A DNA stretch of 64,000 nucleotides from Candidatus Saccharimonadia bacterium (GCA_963717365.1 OY970327.1:267599-331598), one strand, 5' to 3'. Counted from the first letter of the stretch, positions 37,322 through 46,742 are shown. The notes: a model not told the origin generated them from the letters alone. Numbers and translations are program-made.

Positions 37322-37798
37322 ATGTCATCACTTATTGAACAAATTGAGAGCAAATACAAGAAACACCACGTTGTTGACGTTAAAAGCGGCGATACCGTTA
37401 AAGTGCACCAGAAAATCCGCGAAGGCAACAAAGAGCGTGTTCAGATCTTTGAAGGCCTGGTTATTCGCACTGATCGCCGAAACAGCCATACCAGCAGCAT
37501 TACAGTCCGCCGTATTGCCAGCGGCATTGGCGTAGAAAAAACATATTTACTGCACAGCCCACTGGTAGTTAAGGTTGAAGTTACCAAGCGCAGCAAGGTT
37601 AGTCGCAACTACCTTACCTATATGCGAGCCCGAACTGGTAAGTCGGCCCGTTTGACTAGTGTAACTTTTGACCGCCAGGCTACCAATACAGTTCCTGACA
37701 AGCCAGAAGTACCTCAACCAGTCGCTGAAGAAGTACCAGCAGAAGAAACAGAAGAACCTGTACCAGAAACCGCGACAGCTGAAACCGAAGCAAAATAA
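37322..37798 (+). CDS. rplS: 50S ribosomal protein L19 with acidic/proline-rich C-terminal extension
   Basis: SGDTVKVHQKIREGNKERVQIFEGLVIRTDRR is the L19 core. I use ATG 37322 (MSSLIEQIESKY), because the tracked start 37214 overlaps pilB and adds non-L19 sequence. The tail is ...EVPQPVAEEVPAEETEEPVPETATAETEAK. Confidence 0.9.
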   Translation: MSSLIEQIESKYKKHHVVDVKSGDTVKVHQKIREGNKERVQIFEGLVIRTDRRNSHTSSITVRRIASGIGVEKTYLLHSPLVVKVEVTKRSKVSRNYLTYMRARTGKSARLTSVTFDRQATNTVPDKPEVPQPVAEEVPAEETEEPVPETATAETEAK

Positions 37799-37815
37799 TA
37801 TTTTGCACATATTTG

Positions 37816-37842
37816 AAAATGCACCCTTGAGGTGCATTTTTT
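37816..37842 (+). terminator. rho-independent terminator after rplS
   Basis: AAAATGCACC-cttga-GGTGCATTTT is a perfect 10-bp stem with a 5-nt loop, followed by further T residues. It lies 18 nt after the rplS stop. The A-run/T-run symmetry could allow bidirectional function. Confidence 0.75.
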
Positions 37843-37881
37843 ATTAAGGTTTTAATCTTTTGGTAATATCAGCATAATACT

Positions 37882-38496
37882 GTGTATATACCGATGACCA
37901 ACCAGCAACTTATTAAACACTTAAGAAACAAGATAATTATTGGTGTCGATGAAGTAGGGCGTGGTTCATGGGCAGGGCCGCTAGTAGTTGGCGCGGTTAT
38001 CCTTGATATCGGCGCCCCAATAGCCGGTCTCAATGATTCAAAATTACTATCAAAACAGCTGAGGGAACAGCTTTCAGCTGAAATAATCGAGCAATCTACG
38101 GCATACAGCCTAGGCTGGGTGTGGCCAGCTGAAATTGATGAGCTTGGCCTGACGGCTTCAACAACCCTGGCAATTGAACGGGCAATTGAACACATGCCAC
38201 TTCATGACCATATAGTGATTGATGGTGCCATAAATTTTTTGCCCAGTCATCCAAAGGCTCTTGCGCATATTAAAGCAGATGCATTATTGCCCGCAGTGTC
38301 TGCTGCCAGTATCGTTGCCAAGGTAGCTCGCGACAACTATATGGCTGAACAGTCGGTGCTATACCCAAAATACGGGTTTGAACTGCACGTTGGCTACGGA
38401 ACAGCCAGGCATAAACAAGCATTGTGCGATCATGGTGTGACAGTGCTCCACCGGCAAAGCTTTGCGCCGGTCCGGCAACTACTCAGTGACATGTAA
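37882..38496 (+). CDS. rnhB: ribonuclease HII
   Basis: GVDEVGRGSWAGPLVVGAV (DEVGRG) and DSKLLS motifs. Confidence 0.92.
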   Translation: MYIPMTNQQLIKHLRNKIIIGVDEVGRGSWAGPLVVGAVILDIGAPIAGLNDSKLLSKQLREQLSAEIIEQSTAYSLGWVWPAEIDELGLTASTTLAIERAIEHMPLHDHIVIDGAINFLPSHPKALAHIKADALLPAVSAASIVAKVARDNYMAEQSVLYPKYGFELHVGYGTARHKQALCDHGVTVLHRQSFAPVRQLLSDM

Positions 38497-38529
38497 TAAA
38501 AATAATTAACTTACAATCAGGAGAATACT

Positions 38530-38868
38530 ATGCTAACCGCAAATGCCGGCCGGCTGGCCGAAGACGCCGTTGTGGAATTTTTGCAAAACCAAGACTATGA
38601 CATCATCGCCAGAAACTGGAGAACCCAAACCTGTGAAATTGACATCATTGCCTATAAAGAGCAACAAATACATTTTGTTGAAGTTAAGTATCGCAGCCAG
38701 CCTTTTCAGGGTCTTGGCTTTGATTATATCGATACACGCAAACTACGGCGAATGGAGTATGCTGCACAGCTGTGGGTGTGCAAACATAACTGGTACGGAG
38801 AGTATGTCTTAAGTGGGGCAAGTGTCTCGGGCTTAGACTATAGCGTGGAATTTATACGTCAGATTTAG
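38530..38868 (+). CDS. YraN family endonuclease (UPF0102)
   Basis: 112 aa. GRLAEDAVVEFL ... CEIDIIA ... FVEVKYR is the YraN pattern. RBS AGGAG. Confidence 0.85.
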   Translation: MLTANAGRLAEDAVVEFLQNQDYDIIARNWRTQTCEIDIIAYKEQQIHFVEVKYRSQPFQGLGFDYIDTRKLRRMEYAAQLWVCKHNWYGEYVLSGASVSGLDYSVEFIRQI

Positions 38869-41497
38869 TATAGTCCGCAAAATAGTCGCGTATAAGTTTT
38901 TCTTCTCGGTCACGCCACGCTATCCGCGCTTCTATTTCAGATAAAGCTATGGTGATGTTTCTTTTTAGGGCCACTATTTCTCGTTTTGGCGTAAAAAACT
39001 CGATAAATTTTTCTTGCCAGTCGCGAGTATTAATTGGAGATGCCGAATAGATAACAAAATATTCAAAGGCTTTGCCGTCTCCAAATAATTTTTCAAGCCT
39101 ATCCCAGTTTGTGATTAGCCATTCCCAGGCAGCCGGACGAGCATGGCGGTTACGCATTAGGTATGCATACCAACGAAAAATATCTTGAGGTCGCACAAAA
39201 CCTTTCTTTCCTAACGCTTGCTCAATTATATAACTGCCAATTTTAGAGTCTTTGGTGTTGGTGATTCCAGCACAAATCGACAGTTGAACATCTGGATTTG
39301 GTGATAACTTATATTGCTCAAGTAATTCGTCTATAACTGGTTCGCCTTTTTTCACTACAGCACTGATAATCATAGCTCTTTGCTCCGCAGGTAGATTAGC
39401 TACTTTTCCAGAAGCGCTTGTATAGCGTTTCAGTGCTTCGGCTACAGCTGACTCGTCCTCGCTGGCGACCATCAAGCTTAAAATTGTTTGCCGGAGCGCT
39501 TTATCGTTTGGCGTATCCTTGTCTCTGTCATCCCAGCCTAAGCGGCCATACCAATACTTGGCAGTGGCGCGACGGAAGGCTTTAATGCTTTGCTCAGTCT
39601 TCTCATCACCTTCGGTTAAGCCTATGGCAGTTCCGACGGTGCGCGACATGATCATCCAGACGGCGTCGCGAGGTTCAGTAGCCGTCTGGATAATAATATC
39701 AAGTGATTCGGTCAATGAAGCCGCGCCACCGCGAGCTAGTAGCAGCTGGTCGTTCATAATATTAATCCGGGACTCGGGTAGCAATGTTTGCTCGGTAAAA
39801 GCTTTCGCTATATAGCGGCGTGTTTCGCCATCCGTATAATGTACGACCATATGGCCGCTGCCATATTGATTGATAACTGCCGGTTCTTTTGTTGGGTGCT
39901 GCAATGTAATCCGGGCTACCGGCAATATGTCGGTTTCTAATGGCTGGCTGGCAAGCAGCGGAACCGGCCATAAGCTGGTATCATCTTGGCTATCTAGAAT
40001 AAAGCGTTTTTGCGACAGTTCAATTTTTCCTGATTTCTGCGCGACATCAATAAGCGGCATACCAGACTGTGAAAGCCACGGTTCCATGAAGGCATTAATA
40101 TCTTTGCCGCTGACAGCTGACATTTCTCGCCATAAATCATCGCCGATTGTATTTTTGTAGGCGTGTTTGGCGAAATAATTCTTAAGCGCGCCACGAAATG
40201 CTTCATCTCCGATGTACTCGCGCATCATTTTGAGCAGGCGTCCACCTTTGGCATACACAATTGCCGGATCGAATAGCGTACTAATCTCGTCAGGATGGGT
40301 TACATCAACATGTACCGCTTGCACGTCTTTAAAAATGTCACGCCATGAACATGAAATTACATCTGAGGCTGTATATTGCTCCCATTGGTGCCAGTCAGGA
40401 TGCAGGTCATCCAGTGCGATATGCTCCATTAGGCTAGCAAAACTTTCATTGAGCCAAAGATCATCCCACCATTTCATAGTAACTAAGTTGCCAAACCATT
40501 GATGCGACAACTCATGACCAATGACCATAGATACATATTGTTCTGATGACTGGGAACGGTTGTCAGGATCGGCTAGCAAGGCTACTTCACGGTAAGTAAT
40601 AAGGCCCCAATTTTCCATTGCGCCGCTCTCAAAGTCTGGTAACGCCACTTGGTCACATTTTTTGAGCGGGAAAGGCGTCTGGAAGTATTCGGTAAAGAAT
40701 TCTAAAATCTTTACGGCTTCATCATTAGCATATTTTAAAAATTCTACCGGTTGCGCGACAGTAGACCATGTTCGCATGATAGTGCCGTCTTTAGTCTTTG
40801 CTTCCTGGCTTTGCATTTCACCGGTTACAAACGCCAACAGGTAGGTGCTCATTACTGGTGTTGTCTCAAAAGTTGTTTTGATTAAGTATTTAGTAACAGT
40901 TTCAGTTTTGAGAACAGGGGTATTTGCCAATACTGTTTCCATGGGTGTAGTCAGACTTAGGTCAAACGTAGCTTTGGCTTCCGGTTCGTCTATGCTAGGA
41001 AATACTTCTCTGGCGTGGTGTGATTCAAACTGGGTAGCAAGCAATATCTTTTGTTGGCCATCATGCTCAAATGAACAGGGGTATAGGCCGTGCATGGGCG
41101 TAGTAATAACACCCTCAAAGGCAAATGTAACTGTGTATAAGCCGGGATAAATCATGGTTTCGGTATGCAGACGTACCTCGTCCAGACTGGCATGATTATT
41201 TATACGTGAGACAGTAACTTGTTCGTTGCCTTTTTTATCATGCTTAACTATTTGGGCGCTGATGATCTTAAGATCTTTTTGATGGAAGGTTATACGCTGG
41301 CTGGGCCGCCCGGTTTTTTTACCGGTGATAACCACACTGCCCGAGAAGGTCATGTTCTCTTTATCAATGACGATATCCAACCCATAATTTTCTGGCTGGA
41401 ACTGCTCATATAATCGCTTTACTTTTTTCCCCATATCAACCCATTGTAGACCAGTATCATTATTTTTCACAAAAGACACGTCCTTTCCGTATAGCAT
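38852..41497 (-). CDS. pepN: M1 family metallopeptidase (aminopeptidase N)
   Basis: GAMENWGLITYRE exopeptidase motif and zinc site HELSHQWFGNLVTMKWWDDLWLNESFA. Its 3' end overlaps yraN by 17 nt (convergent). Confidence 0.93.
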   Translation of the reverse strand: MLYGKDVSFVKNNDTGLQWVDMGKKVKRLYEQFQPENYGLDIVIDKENMTFSGSVVITGKKTGRPSQRITFHQKDLKIISAQIVKHDKKGNEQVTVSRINNHASLDEVRLHTETMIYPGLYTVTFAFEGVITTPMHGLYPCSFEHDGQQKILLATQFESHHAREVFPSIDEPEAKATFDLSLTTPMETVLANTPVLKTETVTKYLIKTTFETTPVMSTYLLAFVTGEMQSQEAKTKDGTIMRTWSTVAQPVEFLKYANDEAVKILEFFTEYFQTPFPLKKCDQVALPDFESGAMENWGLITYREVALLADPDNRSQSSEQYVSMVIGHELSHQWFGNLVTMKWWDDLWLNESFASLMEHIALDDLHPDWHQWEQYTASDVISCSWRDIFKDVQAVHVDVTHPDEISTLFDPAIVYAKGGRLLKMMREYIGDEAFRGALKNYFAKHAYKNTIGDDLWREMSAVSGKDINAFMEPWLSQSGMPLIDVAQKSGKIELSQKRFILDSQDDTSLWPVPLLASQPLETDILPVARITLQHPTKEPAVINQYGSGHMVVHYTDGETRRYIAKAFTEQTLLPESRINIMNDQLLLARGGAASLTESLDIIIQTATEPRDAVWMIMSRTVGTAIGLTEGDEKTEQSIKAFRRATAKYWYGRLGWDDRDKDTPNDKALRQTILSLMVASEDESAVAEALKRYTSASGKVANLPAEQRAMIISAVVKKGEPVIDELLEQYKLSPNPDVQLSICAGITNTKDSKIGSYIIEQALGKKGFVRPQDIFRWYAYLMRNRHARPAAWEWLITNWDRLEKLFGDGKAFEYFVIYSASPINTRDWQEKFIEFFTPKREIVALKRNITIALSEIEARIAWRDREEKLIRDYFADYTKSDV

Positions 41498-41512
41498 TTA
41501 CCAATCTCTTGG

Positions 41513-41520
41513 TGTATAAT
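41513..41520 (+). promoter_or_regulatory. -10 box of the nusA promoter
   Basis: TG-TATAAT (TATAAT at 41515-41520), about 85 nt upstream of GTG 41606. Confidence 0.4.
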
Positions 41521-41530
41521 GATTAATAAC

Positions 41531-41556
41531 AGGTCGGCCAGCAGGTCGGCTTTTTT
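41531..41556 (+). terminator. terminator-like hairpin plus U-tract in the nusA leader (candidate attenuator)
   Basis: AGGTCGGCC-agca-GGTCGGCTT can form a 9-bp stem (6 Watson-Crick plus 3 G-U pairs) with a tetraloop, followed by TTTT (to 41556). It lies between the -10 box and the nusA RBS. Confidence 0.4.
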
Positions 41557-41605
41557 CATACAGAGACTAGCTTATATATTTTTGATAACTAAAAGGAGAA
41601 ACATA

Positions 41606-42796
41606 GTGGATTTAGATATAAAACAACTTGGCGTCGTGATAAAAACTATTGCCGATGAAAAAAACTTGCCCGAAGAAGCAGTTCAGGAAGTTGTTGAACA
41701 AGCATTAGCCGCGGCTTATCGTAAAGATTTTGGCGACCGCGAACAAGAAGTCCGTGTTAGCATTAACACTAATACCGGCGATATTGATATATATGTCAGC
41801 AAAGAAGTCGTCGAAAAGGTTGGTGATGAGCGCTTTGAAATGACCGTTAGCGAAGCCCAGGTTATGAAAAAGGATGCTAAGTTAGGTGATTTAATTGAAA
41901 TTCACCAAAAAGCTGACAGCTTTGGTCGTGTAGCCGCGCAGACTGCCAAACAAGTAATTTTGCAGCGTCTGAGAGAAGCGGAACGCGAAATTATTATGAC
42001 TGAATTCCAAGATAAGATCGGCACTGTAGTGAATGGTATTGTCTCTCGCGTTGAAGGCCGAATTGTGCGGATTGACCTTGGCAAAGCTCAGGCTATTATG
42101 CCGATGAGCGAACAGATTCAGAATGAACGCTACCATCCAGGACAACGGCTTAAAGTTTATCTTAAAGATGTGGAGCGTGGCTTTCGTGGCCCACAGCTGG
42201 TAGTTTCACGAGGCTCGACTGAGTTTATGGAATGGTTATTCCGAGGTGAAGTTCCTGAAATGGAAAGCGGCGCAGTTGCTATTAAAGAAATCTCTCGCGA
42301 AGCCGGCGTACGGAGCAAAATCGCGGTTACTAGTAGTGTACCCGGCGTTGATCCGGTAGGTACATTTGTTGGTGGACACGGTACCCGTGTTAATGCTGTT
42401 ATGAGCGAAATTGGCGAACAAGAGAAGATTGATATCATTGTATGGAATGAAGATCCCAGTACTTTTATCCAAAACGCACTTAGCCCCACTAAAGTGACTT
42501 CTGTCAAGATTGATGATGCAAGTATGAAAGCCGTAGTACAGGTTCCAGAAGATCAGCTTAGTATAGCTATAGGCAAAAGCGGACAAAACGTACGTCTAGC
42601 TAGTAAGCTAACTGGCTATGAAATTGACATTGTATCAGATGTCTCACCGGAATCCGCTCCCGTGTCTACTGCTGAAGTCGTTACCAGCAAACCACTAGGC
42701 GCTCAGAAACTGAAGCGTAAAGAACAGCTTGAAAGCAGTTTGCTTGAAGCTATTGAAGAGCATGGTGACGACAAAACATCATCCACTGAAAAATAA
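41606..42796 (+). CDS. nusA: transcription termination/antitermination factor NusA
   Basis: NusA N-terminal domain, S1 domain and KH domains (IAIGKSGQNVRLASKLTGYEIDI). GTG 41606 follows RBS AAAAGGAGAA. The tracked start 41519 lies inside a TATAAT box. Confidence 0.93.
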   Translation: MDLDIKQLGVVIKTIADEKNLPEEAVQEVVEQALAAAYRKDFGDREQEVRVSINTNTGDIDIYVSKEVVEKVGDERFEMTVSEAQVMKKDAKLGDLIEIHQKADSFGRVAAQTAKQVILQRLREAEREIIMTEFQDKIGTVVNGIVSRVEGRIVRIDLGKAQAIMPMSEQIQNERYHPGQRLKVYLKDVERGFRGPQLVVSRGSTEFMEWLFRGEVPEMESGAVAIKEISREAGVRSKIAVTSSVPGVDPVGTFVGGHGTRVNAVMSEIGEQEKIDIIVWNEDPSTFIQNALSPTKVTSVKIDDASMKAVVQVPEDQLSIAIGKSGQNVRLASKLTGYEIDIVSDVSPESAPVSTAEVVTSKPLGAQKLKRKEQLESSLLEAIEEHGDDKTSSTEK

Positions 42797-42817
42797 TCTA
42801 ACCTAACACTTAAATAT

Positions 42818-42846
42818 TTGACAAAAATAAATATATCTAGTATAGT
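42818..42846 (+). promoter_or_regulatory. consensus-like promoter of the small ORF 42856..43110
   Basis: -35 TTGACA (42818-42823), exact 17-nt spacer, -10 TATAGT (42841-42846), then 9 nt to ATG 42856. Confidence 0.6.
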
Positions 42847-42855
42847 ATGTTCACT

Positions 42856-43110
42856 ATGAGCTTTGAAACGAAGTATAATAAGCAACCTTTAGGCGCGGCT
42901 AATTTTATAAGAATCACATCAGTTGCCGTAGCTGTTGCCGCACTGGTATTTACTGCAAACAAAATGTCCGGTCCCGACATGGATGGCTGTGATTCACAAC
43001 TCTTAAATCCAGGTAGCTGGATAGAATGTACCATTATTGATGGGGGTCAAGCTGTTACCCGTACTGTTTCAAATGCCTTTACGGCAGAGATCAACAGAGG
43101 AATTCCATAA
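42856..43110 (+). CDS. hypothetical small membrane/secreted protein
   Basis: 84-87 aa with a hydrophobic segment (ITSVAVAVAALVFTA) and 2 Cys. It lies downstream of a consensus promoter; ATG 42856 is preferred because ATG 42847 abuts the -10 box. Confidence 0.4.
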   Translation: MSFETKYNKQPLGAANFIRITSVAVAVAALVFTANKMSGPDMDGCDSQLLNPGSWIECTIIDGGQAVTRTVSNAFTAEINRGIP

Positions 43111-43114
43111 TTAA

Positions 43115-43141
43115 CTAGCACTCTTGACATGAGAGTGCTAA
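43115..43141 (+). promoter_or_regulatory. CIRCE-type inverted repeat (HrcA operator-like) over the clpC promoter
   Basis: CTAGCACTC-ttgacatga-GAGTGCTAA versus the CIRCE consensus TTAGCACTC-N9-GAGTGCTAA: 17/18 arm positions match and the N9 spacer is exact. The spacer contains the -35 TTGACA. Confidence 0.75.
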
Positions 43142-43153
43142 TTCTAGTATCAT
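43124..43153 (+). promoter_or_regulatory. sigma-70-type promoter of clpC
   Basis: -35 TTGACA (43124-43129), 18-nt spacer, -10 TATCAT (43148-43153). Confidence 0.55.
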
Positions 43154-43200
43154 ACAATTTAGTGGTACATAAATCGCTAGAAAGTGGGATAATCAAAAGT

Positions 43201-45675
43201 ATGATGCCATCTTCTCCTGACTTTCAGGAATTTTTAAATCATCTAACTGACAACGCTTTAGCCAGTTTGCGCAATGCTGATGCAATTGCTCGCGGCAGCG
43301 GCAGTGCTTACGTTGGTACAGAGCACTTATTACTTGGTGTACTTGCTCAGGACAATTCAATGGGAGCCAAATTGCTTGAAGGTGTGGGCGTAAGCCTTCA
43401 AAAGGCTAAACTTGCGCTTAACGTAACTCCAGGACCTATGCAAGCACTCGGCGCAAAAGGCCTAAGTGAAGTTGCAAAACTTACACTTAAAATGGCCTAC
43501 GAAATTGCCCAGGACTTCAGTCAGGATTACTGTGGGACCGAACATATTTTATACAGCATACTCAGTCAGAAGAATGCCCGTGCAACAGAATTACTGAAGA
43601 ATATGAATGTTGAAGTCGATAATCTTATAACAGAGCTTGATAACTTTTTGCATCGCCAACAATCTAGCGGCGGTGGTATTGCCGAAGCTCAGAAGCCCGC
43701 AACACGCAAACAAAAAAAGACAGCATTAGATTTTTTTGGCACTGACTTAACGGCGCTGGCACGTAATAAAAAATTGGATCCGGTGGTTGGCCGGGAGAAC
43801 CAAATTCGTCGCGTGATCACCATTCTCAGTCGTCGCACAAAAAGTAATCCGGTTCTAATTGGTGAACCAGGGGTTGGTAAAACAGCCATTGTTGAAGGTT
43901 TGGCAGCAAGAATCGTCGCCGAGGATGTGCCCGACAGCCTTTTAGACAAGCGGATTGTAATGCTGGACCTTGCCGCGATGATTGCTGGTACTAAGTACCG
44001 TGGTGAATTTGAGGAACGACTCAAAAAAGTTATGGCAGAACTTGAAAATGATAAAAGTACAATTGTCTTTGTAGATGAGCTACATTTAATTGTTGGCGCA
44101 GGTGCCGCTGAAGGTGCGCTTGATGCCGGTAATATGCTCAAACCGGCTCTGGCCCGTGGAAAAATTCATATGATTGGTGCAACAACGACTGATGAATATA
44201 CTAAACATATTGAAAAAGACGCAGCTCTTGAGCGAAGATTCCAGCCTGTCCAGGTTCCTGAGACTACCGAACCAGAAACAATTTCCATCTTAAAAGGACT
44301 GAAGAAACATTACGAAGCATTCCACAATGTGACAATTAGCGATGATGTGATTGAGGATACGGTGCGATTTGCTAAACGGTATATTAACGATCGTTTTATG
44401 CCTGATAAAGCTATTGATTTGCTTGATGAAGCTGCTGCACATTTACGCGTTGATAAAGGCAAAACACCGCCAGAACTTCGTGAAGCACAAAAAGAACTAA
44501 GGTTACTCCAAATTCGTATTGAGGATGCAGCAGCTAACGAGGACTATGAAGCTGCAGCACGCTATAAAACTCGTGCTAGTCAGTTAACGCAAGATATTAC
44601 TGAGCTTCACAGTAAATATCAGGATACCGAAAAACTTAGGCTGAGTAGCGACGATGTTGCTGCTGTTGTGGCTCGGATAACCGGCGTTCCTGTCCAGAAA
44701 GTTATTAGGACAGAAGCCAAATACTTATTAAATCTGGAAAAAACATTAAAGAAACATATAATTGGTCAATCTGAAGCAATCGAAGCGGTTGCTAAAGCAG
44801 TTCGTCGTAATCGAAGCGGTATTAGTGATGATCGCCGGCCGATCGGTTCGTTTGTGTTTCTTGGTCCAACCGGTGTCGGTAAAACAGAGCTTGCCCGCAC
44901 ATTGGCGCGTGAATTTTTTGGTAGGGACGACGCCTTGGTTAAGATAGACATGAGTGAATTTGGTGAACATCATAACGTATCGCGTCTTGTTGGTGCACCT
45001 GCTGGTTACGTAGGATATGACGATGGGGGGCAATTAACTGATAGGATTCGCCGACAACCATACAGCTTAGTACTGTTTGATGAAATTGAAAAAGCCCACC
45101 CAGATGTCTTTAATATGCTACTTCAATTACTTGAAGACGGCCGTTTGACCGATGGGAAGGGCCGCGTAATCGATTTTAGTAATACAGTGGTCATAATGAC
45201 TAGTAATATTGGTGCCGAAAAGCTGCAGAAGGAAGCGCGACTAGGCTTTAACGTAGAAAGCAAGCAAGATCAAAAAGACCTAGATCTGCTACATGAACGT
45301 AATAAAGAAGAAGTGCTAGAATCACTGCGCAAGATAATGCGGCCCGAACTTCTCAACCGCATAGATAACTCAATTGTTTTTCGCGCACTTACAAAGGATG
45401 AAATTCTTAGCATTCTTGATTTACAAATTGCGAATTTAGAACAACGTTTAGTACGCCATGGCTTAGGACTCAAGATTAAGGCTTCAGCTAAAAGGTATTT
45501 AGCGGAACATGGCTATGATGTAAAAAATGGGGTACGGCCGTTGCGTCGTTTGCTGCAAGAAACACTTGAAGACAATATTTCAAACGGGCTGCTTGACGGA
45601 ACCTACAATAAGGGCGATATGATCAGCATTAGTGCCCGCGACGGAAAATTGACGTACAAAGCAATAAGAGAATAA
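43201..45675 (+). CDS. clpC: ATP-dependent Clp protease ATP-binding subunit ClpC
   Basis: Two Clp_N repeats, two AAA+ modules ([16 protein letters not shown]), a short UVR-like middle domain ([16 protein letters not shown]) and the ClpP-docking loop RLGF. ATG 43201 is used because the tracked start 43129 lies inside the CIRCE/-35 element. Confidence 0.93.
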   Translation: MMPSSPDFQEFLNHLTDNALASLRNADAIARGSGSAYVGTEHLLLGVLAQDNSMGAKLLEGVGVSLQKAKLALNVTPGPMQALGAKGLSEVAKLTLKMAYEIAQDFSQDYCGTEHILYSILSQKNARATELLKNMNVEVDNLITELDNFLHRQQSSGGGIAEAQKPATRKQKKTALDFFGTDLTALARNKKLDPVVGRENQIRRVITILSRRTKSNPVLIGEPGVGKTAIVEGLAARIVAEDVPDSLLDKRIVMLDLAAMIAGTKYRGEFEERLKKVMAELENDKSTIVFVDELHLIVGAGAAEGALDAGNMLKPALARGKIHMIGATTTDEYTKHIEKDAALERRFQPVQVPETTEPETISILKGLKKHYEAFHNVTISDDVIEDTVRFAKRYINDRFMPDKAIDLLDEAAAHLRVDKGKTPPELREAQKELRLLQIRIEDAAANEDYEAAARYKTRASQLTQDITELHSKYQDTEKLRLSSDDVAAVVARITGVPVQKVIRTEAKYLLNLEKTLKKHIIGQSEAIEAVAKAVRRNRSGISDDRRPIGSFVFLGPTGVGKTELARTLAREFFGRDDALVKIDMSEFGEHHNVSRLVGAPAGYVGYDDGGQLTDRIRRQPYSLVLFDEIEKAHPDVFNMLLQLLEDGRLTDGKGRVIDFSNTVVIMTSNIGAEKLQKEARLGFNVESKQDQKDLDLLHERNKEEVLESLRKIMRPELLNRIDNSIVFRALTKDEILSILDLQIANLEQRLVRHGLGLKIKASAKRYLAEHGYDVKNGVRPLRRLLQETLEDNISNGLLDGTYNKGDMISISARDGKLTYKAIRE

Positions 45676-45743
45676 TGGTATACTTCCTCGGTATATCTTA
45701 ACCGCTCTCGTGTTATTGTTACGAGACTCAATAGTACATAAAC

Positions 45744-46715
45744 ATGAAACAAACTTCACGATTATTTGCAGCCGTATGTTCTTTTGCAATTATTTTTGGC
45801 TCAATTTTTGCCTTTACTCAACGGCAGCATATTTTAGATGCCTTGGCTCTACGCAACTATTCACCGAGCGAACGGATTGTGGCGCTCGCTAATGATACAA
45901 CTATGCAAGACAGCACGAGACGGGTTTTCTATGTTAATCATCCCCAACTTAATGATAAAACAGCTTTCCGGACTAATTGTCCTGCCACCGAACAATCCAT
46001 TGTTCTCGGCTGCTACGTAGAACGAAACGGCATATTTCTACTAGATGTAAATGACCCCAGATTAGAAGGTGTGATACAGGTTACTGCAGCGCATGAGGTT
46101 TTGCATGCGCAGTATGACCGACTAAGTGCGTCAGAGCGTAATCGGCTTGATGGTTTGACCGGTGCTTTCTTTGCTACCTTAAATAATGAAAGATTAACCA
46201 AGACTATTGAACAATATCGTGCAAAGGATGCTTCCGTCGTACCAAATGAGCTACACTCGATACTTGCTACCGAAGTGCGTGAGCTTTCGCCCGAATTAGA
46301 AGCCTATTACAGTCAATATTTTAAAAATCGCTCCCAACTGGTTAGCTTTTCAGAAAAATATGAACAAACCTTTGTAAGTCTAACCAATCAAGTAGAAGAA
46401 TACGACAAGCAGTTAACGATACTTAAGCAAGCTATAGAATCCGACCAAATGGAAATTGAAGCTCAAAACGTAGAAATTGAACAACAGAAACAACGATTAG
46501 ATGGGCTTATTAATTCTGGAGCCACTAATGAGTACAACGACTCAGTGCCAGGCTTTAATACGCTTGTAAAGCGTTACAATGGTTTAATTGCCAGTGCCCG
46601 CGCGCAAATAAATGAGTATAATACTATTGTCGAGAAACGAAATGCTATTGCTACCACAGAGCAAGAGTTAGTCGAAGCAATTAATAGCAATGCGGTTCCA
46701 CAGCAAACACAGTAA
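45744..46715 (+). CDS. hypothetical membrane-anchored HExxH protein with C-terminal coiled coil
   Basis: N-terminal TM (LFAAVCSFAIIFGSIFAF), the single zinc-metallopeptidase-like motif VTAAHEVLHAQ, and a Q/E-rich coiled coil (EEYDKQLTILKQAIESDQMEIEAQNVEIEQQKQRL). Confidence 0.6.
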   Translation: MKQTSRLFAAVCSFAIIFGSIFAFTQRQHILDALALRNYSPSERIVALANDTTMQDSTRRVFYVNHPQLNDKTAFRTNCPATEQSIVLGCYVERNGIFLLDVNDPRLEGVIQVTAAHEVLHAQYDRLSASERNRLDGLTGAFFATLNNERLTKTIEQYRAKDASVVPNELHSILATEVRELSPELEAYYSQYFKNRSQLVSFSEKYEQTFVSLTNQVEEYDKQLTILKQAIESDQMEIEAQNVEIEQQKQRLDGLINSGATNEYNDSVPGFNTLVKRYNGLIASARAQINEYNTIVEKRNAIATTEQELVEAINSNAVPQQTQ

Positions 46716-46742
46716 GGGAGTATTCTAATCGCTAAAAATTCT

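Noticed and set aside
43129-43200. ORF-track N-terminal extensions: clpC from 43129, nusA from 41519, rplS from 37214, methyltransferase from 52395, recG from 54017, tyrS from 51221
   Set aside because: The extended starts fall inside promoter or CIRCE elements (43129 in CIRCE, 41519 in TATAAT, 51221 and 54017 upstream of the -10 boxes) or overlap the preceding gene (37214, 52395). They add residues absent from the conserved family N-termini. Internal starts with an SD or leaderless geometry were chosen instead.
45676-45743. TGgTATACT box and 6-bp hairpin (TCTCGT-N9-ACGAGA) between clpC and the HExxH gene
   Set aside because: The hairpin is weak and lacks a T-run. The -10-like box is 58 nt from the next start with no supporting -35. 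This is not enough to call a terminator or promoter.
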